Assembly: GCA_030637025.1 (NCBI GenBank)
Contig: DAOVVV010000019.1
Span: 1-51,916, forward strand
Direction: 5' to 3'
Length of the DNA stretch: 51,916 bases
Source of the DNA: Clostridia bacterium
GTDB taxonomy: Bacteria; CBDUZB01; JAGLHV01
This document shows positions 48,608 to 51,916 of the stretch, piece by piece. Within the stretch, counting starts at the first letter, position 1, and each line of letters opens with the position of its first letter. The position numbers were made by a program, and so were the translations under genes. The notes under the pieces are model-generated. The model made no database searches. It saw only the letters and a program-made list of their open reading frames with translations, and was not told the DNA's origin.

Positions 48608-50626
48608 TTAAATAAACAAACTACCTATTTGATAAATCAAGACCGCCACTATCCAGCCAAGGATTAAACTATATCCTACCGCTAATGCAGTCCACTTCCA
48701 GTTAGTCTCTTTCTTTATGGTGGCAATTGCGGCAATACAGGGAACATAGATTAAGGACATGGCCATAAAAGCATAAGCAGAAAGAGGAGTAAATTGCTGT
48801 AAAATTACACTTTTTAATCCTATTCCTTCTACTCCATACAAAGTCCCTAAAGTCCCCACTACTATTTCTTTAGCTACTATGCCAAAAAGCAGCGATACTG
48901 CTGCCTGCCAGGTCCCAAAACCGGCTAAGGAAAATAACGGGGCAATTAAGGAACCCAACTTACCAATTAAACTTTCTTTGGCTGCATATTCTACTCCCGG
49001 GGGTAAAGAGGCTAATACCCAAATAATTATCACCCCTGCAAAAATAATCGTCCCCGCTTTTTTTAAAAAAAGACTTCCTTTTTCCCACATATGAATTAAA
49101 ACACTTTTTACCTGTGGCAATCTGTAAGGAGGTAATTCCATTATCAAAGGAGCTATTTCTTGTTTAAAAAAAATACTTTTAAAAATTCTGGCAACTACTA
49201 TGGCTAATACTATTCCCATAAAATAAAGAGAAAACACCACTAATCCCTGATGTCTAGCAAAAAAAACTCCGGCAAAAAGGGTATAAATAGGTAATCTTGC
49301 GGCACAAGACATTAAAGGGTTAACTAAAATAGTGAGAATTCTGTCCTTCTCTGATTCCAGTGTCCTGGCTGCCATAATCCCGGGAATATTACAACCAAAC
49401 CCTAACATCATCGGAATAAAAGATTTCCCGTGTAATCCCATGGCATGCATCACTCTATCCATAATAAATGCTGCCCGGGCCATATACCCGGATCCCTCCA
49501 AAACAGATATAATTAAAAATAAAAGCAATATATTAGGTAAAAAAACTAATACCGAGCCTACCCCACCAATAATACCATCCACCAGTAAAGAACTAATCCA
49601 TCCAGGAGCACTTAATGCAGTAAGTCCCAAAGATATTATCTCTCCTACCCACCCAAAAAAAGCATCAATTAAATCAGCTAATGGGGACCCCAAAGTAAAT
49701 ACCAGCTGAAAAGAAGCCCACATCAATCCTAAAAAAATAGGAATTCCCAAAAACTTATTAGTTACTATTTGATCAATTTTATCGGTAATTTCTTTTCTTT
49801 CTTTTATTCCCACGACATGTGTACAACATTCCTTTACCAAACCCCTTAAAAAAGCGTATCTTCTCTCCACAATTGCCGTTTCCAAATCATACCCAAAATG
49901 TTCTTCCAGCTTAGTTATTGTTTCAGTAATTTTATTTGTTACTTCATCTTTGTCCTCTAAATTCTTAACTTTTTCCAGAATATTTTCATCTTGTTCCAGG
50001 AGTTTTAATACCAGCCACCTCCGGGAATAGTTTTCCAATATTTTTTTCTCTTTTAAAACCCGGGACAAATTCTCTACTTCTTTCTCGATATCATTATTAT
50101 AATCTATCTTAAAAGTAACTGCTTTTTCCTGATTATAACTACTTTTAATCGCTGCTTTTAATTCATCCATTCCTTTCCCTTTATTGGCAATCGTTTCTAT
50201 TACAGGAATATTCATTACCCGGGAAAGTTCTTCCATGTCAATTTTCATCCCCTTTTTTTTCACCAGGTCAATCATGTTTAAACTCAAGACTAAATTTACC
50301 TCTAACTCCAGCAATTGCACTGCCAGATAAAGATTTCTTTCCAAATTAGAAGCATCAATAATTACTACTACTACATCGGGTTTTTCTTCCAGCAAAAAAT
50401 CCCGGGCAACCTTTTCATCCAGAGAATGGGAAGTTAAACTATATATTCCCGGCAAATCAATTATATCAAACTCCCGGCCTTCATAAAAAAAGCTTCCTTC
50501 TTTTTTCTCTACGGTTACTCCCGGCCAATTACCTACATGCTGACGGGCACCGGTTAAATTATTAAAAACCGTAGTTTTTCCGGAATTAGGATTTCCGGCT
50601 AAAGCAATTTTAATTTTTTTCTTCAC
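48608..50626 (-). CDS. feoB: Ferrous iron transporter FeoB
   Basis: GNPNSGKTT, VGNWPGVTVE, DLPGIYSL, NMID, SGYMARAAF, GFGCN, MELPPY. Confidence 0.97.
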   Translation of the reverse strand: MKKKIKIALAGNPNSGKTTVFNNLTGARQHVGNWPGVTVEKKEGSFFYEGREFDIIDLPGIYSLTSHSLDEKVARDFLLEEKPDVVVVIIDASNLERNLYLAVQLLELEVNLVLSLNMIDLVKKKGMKIDMEELSRVMNIPVIETIANKGKGMDELKAAIKSSYNQEKAVTFKIDYNNDIEKEVENLSRVLKEKKILENYSRRWLVLKLLEQDENILEKVKNLEDKDEVTNKITETITKLEEHFGYDLETAIVERRYAFLRGLVKECCTHVVGIKERKEITDKIDQIVTNKFLGIPIFLGLMWASFQLVFTLGSPLADLIDAFFGWVGEIISLGLTALSAPGWISSLLVDGIIGGVGSVLVFLPNILLLFLIISVLEGSGYMARAAFIMDRVMHAMGLHGKSFIPMMLGFGCNIPGIMAARTLESEKDRILTILVNPLMSCAARLPIYTLFAGVFFARHQGLVVFSLYFMGIVLAIVVARIFKSIFFKQEIAPLIMELPPYRLPQVKSVLIHMWEKGSLFLKKAGTIIFAGVIIIWVLASLPPGVEYAAKESLIGKLGSLIAPLFSLAGFGTWQAAVSLLFGIVAKEIVVGTLGTLYGVEGIGLKSVILQQFTPLSAYAFMAMSLIYVPCIAAIATIKKETNWKWTALAVGYSLILGWIVAVLIYQIGSLFI

Positions 50627-50655
50627 TAAATTTCTCCTATTTATTTCGCTTTTCT

Positions 50656-50877
50656 TTACTCTTTTACAAAAATTTTTTGTGCCATCCCAAAACCTAATCC
50701 CAACCGTATCTCCTTTTTAGCCACAATGAGCGGACCATAACCATTATTGGAAACCACTGCTATTTTCACCCCCGGATAAAAACCCATATTAAGTAATTTG
50801 GTAACCAACCCTCTTCCCCCCCTTATTTCCACAATCTCTACTTTTTCCCCGGATAATACGCAACTTAGAGGTTTCAT
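50656..50877 (-). CDS. feoA: FeoA
   Basis: L.MG..PG, GPLIV, LGFGMAQKI.V. Confidence 0.9.
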   Translation of the reverse strand: MKPLSCVLSGEKVEIVEIRGGRGLVTKLLNMGFYPGVKIAVVSNNGYGPLIVAKKEIRLGLGFGMAQKIFVKE

Positions 50878-50879
50878 TA

Positions 50880-51611
50880 TTATTTTAACACCTCCACTTC
50901 AATGTGAGCAGCTTCTTCTTTTCTTAATGATAAATGATACCCCTTTATTTTTATATCTATCGGGTCCCCCAAAGGAGCTACTTTGCAAACCTCTATTTCT
51001 ATCCCGGGAACAACCCCCATACTTAATAATTGTTTTTTTATTACAGATTTAGGGTTTATTTTAATAATTGCTGCTTTCTGTCCAATTTTTAATTTATCTA
51101 AAGTCAAAATTAACGGCATCGTCTTTTTCTTCTCCTTTTGCCCTTTTTTCCGGGTAATTTCTTTTTGATTTAAAGAACCCTTCTTAATAAAATTATGAAA
51201 ATCCGAAAACCATAAGTCCTTTTTTTGGGGAGAAAGGGTTTCTGTGAATTCTACCAACTGAGCAATTTTTTTTACTGTTTCTTCCCCTATATAATGTTCT
51301 ACCTGACAGGCATCTTTTATTGCTACCCGAATATCAATCCCTAATATCTTATGAAAAAAATTAAATAATACCTGATGTTTTTGGTAAATTTTCTCCGCCG
51401 CAATATTTCCTTTAGCAGTAAGTTCAATATAGCCGTATTTTTCGTGATTAACCAGTCCCTTACTACTTAAAATCTTTATTGCCCCAATTACCGAAGAGGC
51501 TTTGACATTCAAAGATTTAACAATATCTTTCACTCTAACTACTTTTCCCCGAAAGGAATTTATTAAAATAGTTTCCAAATAATCTTCTAAACTTGGGCTT
51601 AAAAAATTCAT
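50880..51611 (-). CDS. DtxR/MntR-family metal-dependent repressor with C-terminal FeoA domain
   Basis: SLEDYLE, HEKYG.I.LT..G, DAC.VEH, LLSMG..PG...APLGDP. Confidence 0.92.
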   Translation of the reverse strand: MNFLSPSLEDYLETILINSFRGKVVRVKDIVKSLNVKASSVIGAIKILSSKGLVNHEKYGYIELTAKGNIAAEKIYQKHQVLFNFFHKILGIDIRVAIKDACQVEHYIGEETVKKIAQLVEFTETLSPQKKDLWFSDFHNFIKKGSLNQKEITRKKGQKEKKKTMPLILTLDKLKIGQKAAIIKINPKSVIKKQLLSMGVVPGIEIEVCKVAPLGDPIDIKIKGYHLSLRKEEAAHIEVEVLK

Positions 51612-51647
51612 CCCCCCTACTCCCAGTGTTATAGTATTTTAGATAAA

Positions 51648-51665
51648 TGTTAGCCTTCCCTAACA
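51648..51665. promoter_or_regulatory. DtxR-type operator TGTTAG-N6-CTAACA
   Basis: Perfect 6-bp arms overlapping the predicted transcription start of the regulator. Confidence 0.75.
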
Positions 51666-51693
51666 ATATACCATAACCCTCTTATCTTGTCAA
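51665..51693 (-). promoter_or_regulatory. sigma70 promoter of the dtxR-feo operon
   Basis: Minus strand TTGACA-N17-TATATT with TGn extended -10. Confidence 0.8.
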
Positions 51694-51778
51694 CAAAAAA
51701 ATATTTATTATGGAGTTATCGATGAAAAAATCAGCTATAACCCTCTATTGTTTTGTTCCCGCTTTTTTCTGTTCGCAT

Positions 51779-51813
51779 AAAAAAAGGGGAGACTTTAATT
51801 CTCCCCTTTTTTT
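51779..51813. terminator. Bidirectional intrinsic terminator
   Basis: A7-GGGGAGA-loop-TCTCCCC-T7. Confidence 0.85.
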
Positions 51814-51833
51814 GATTTAAATACTAGTTTTTT

Positions 51834-51916
51834 TTAAAACGTATATCCAACTTCTATAAAGAAATTCCTCCCTATCGTGGGATAATCTTTTATTTCTTCA
51901 TATTTTGTATCAAAAA
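51834..51916 (-). CDS. 3' end of a second TonB-dependent receptor (partial)
   Basis: Translated by hand: FDTKYEEIKDYPTIGRNFFIEVGYTF*, a typical TBDR C-terminus ending in Phe. Confidence 0.75.
   Translation of the reverse strand, partial: FDTKYEEIKDYPTIGRNFFIEVGYTF

Noticed and set aside
371-51168. Plus-strand ORFs in the six-frame track (e.g. 35089-35919, 43296-43796, 12412-12731, 16702-17145)
   Set aside because: They lie antisense to well-supported genes, have Phe/Ser/Leu-rich shadow composition and show no recognisable motifs.
1-51916. tRNA, rRNA, integrase, transposase or phage genes
   Set aside because: None was recognised by eye; a tRNAscan/Rfam run would be needed to exclude small RNAs fully.

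Overview
AT-rich bacterial chromosome segment in which every credible gene lies on the minus strand. Outer-membrane genes (AsmA, TonB system, PorV-like barrel) indicate a diderm organism, and NfnAB plus Feo suggest an anaerobe. The PorV/FlgD/OmpA fusion is reminiscent of Elusimicrobiota-like lineages, which is inference only. In transcription order (right to left): the 3' end of a TonB-dependent receptor; a DtxR-regulated metal-uptake locus (dtxR-feoA-feoB-TBDR-DUF3450-long exbB-exbB-exbD-tonB) with a clear sigma70 promoter and operator; envelope genes (M23 peptidase, CsgG-like/VWA, PorV-FlgD-OmpA, AsmA, DUF3307); thiC and cinA; a six-gene polarity/motility-like operon; tldD, crp/fnr, polA-mutM-coaE-rho; tpiA-pduL-rpiB-pilT-gcvH-DnaA-like-tkt; a degenerate GGDEF protein; punA-pdp-recJ; nfnAB. 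The best candidate for an undescribed system is the operon at 24618-29784: ExeA/MshM-like ATPase, mglB, mglA, DUF4388-roadblock, a MshEN/T2SSE_N domain fused to a DnaA AAA+ core lacking DNA-binding domain IV (split by an A10 homopolymer frameshift), and a second DUF4388 protein. A second DnaA paralogue without domain IV, flanked by 12-bp tandem repeats, lies near pilT. All calls come from motif recognition by eye; no searches were run.
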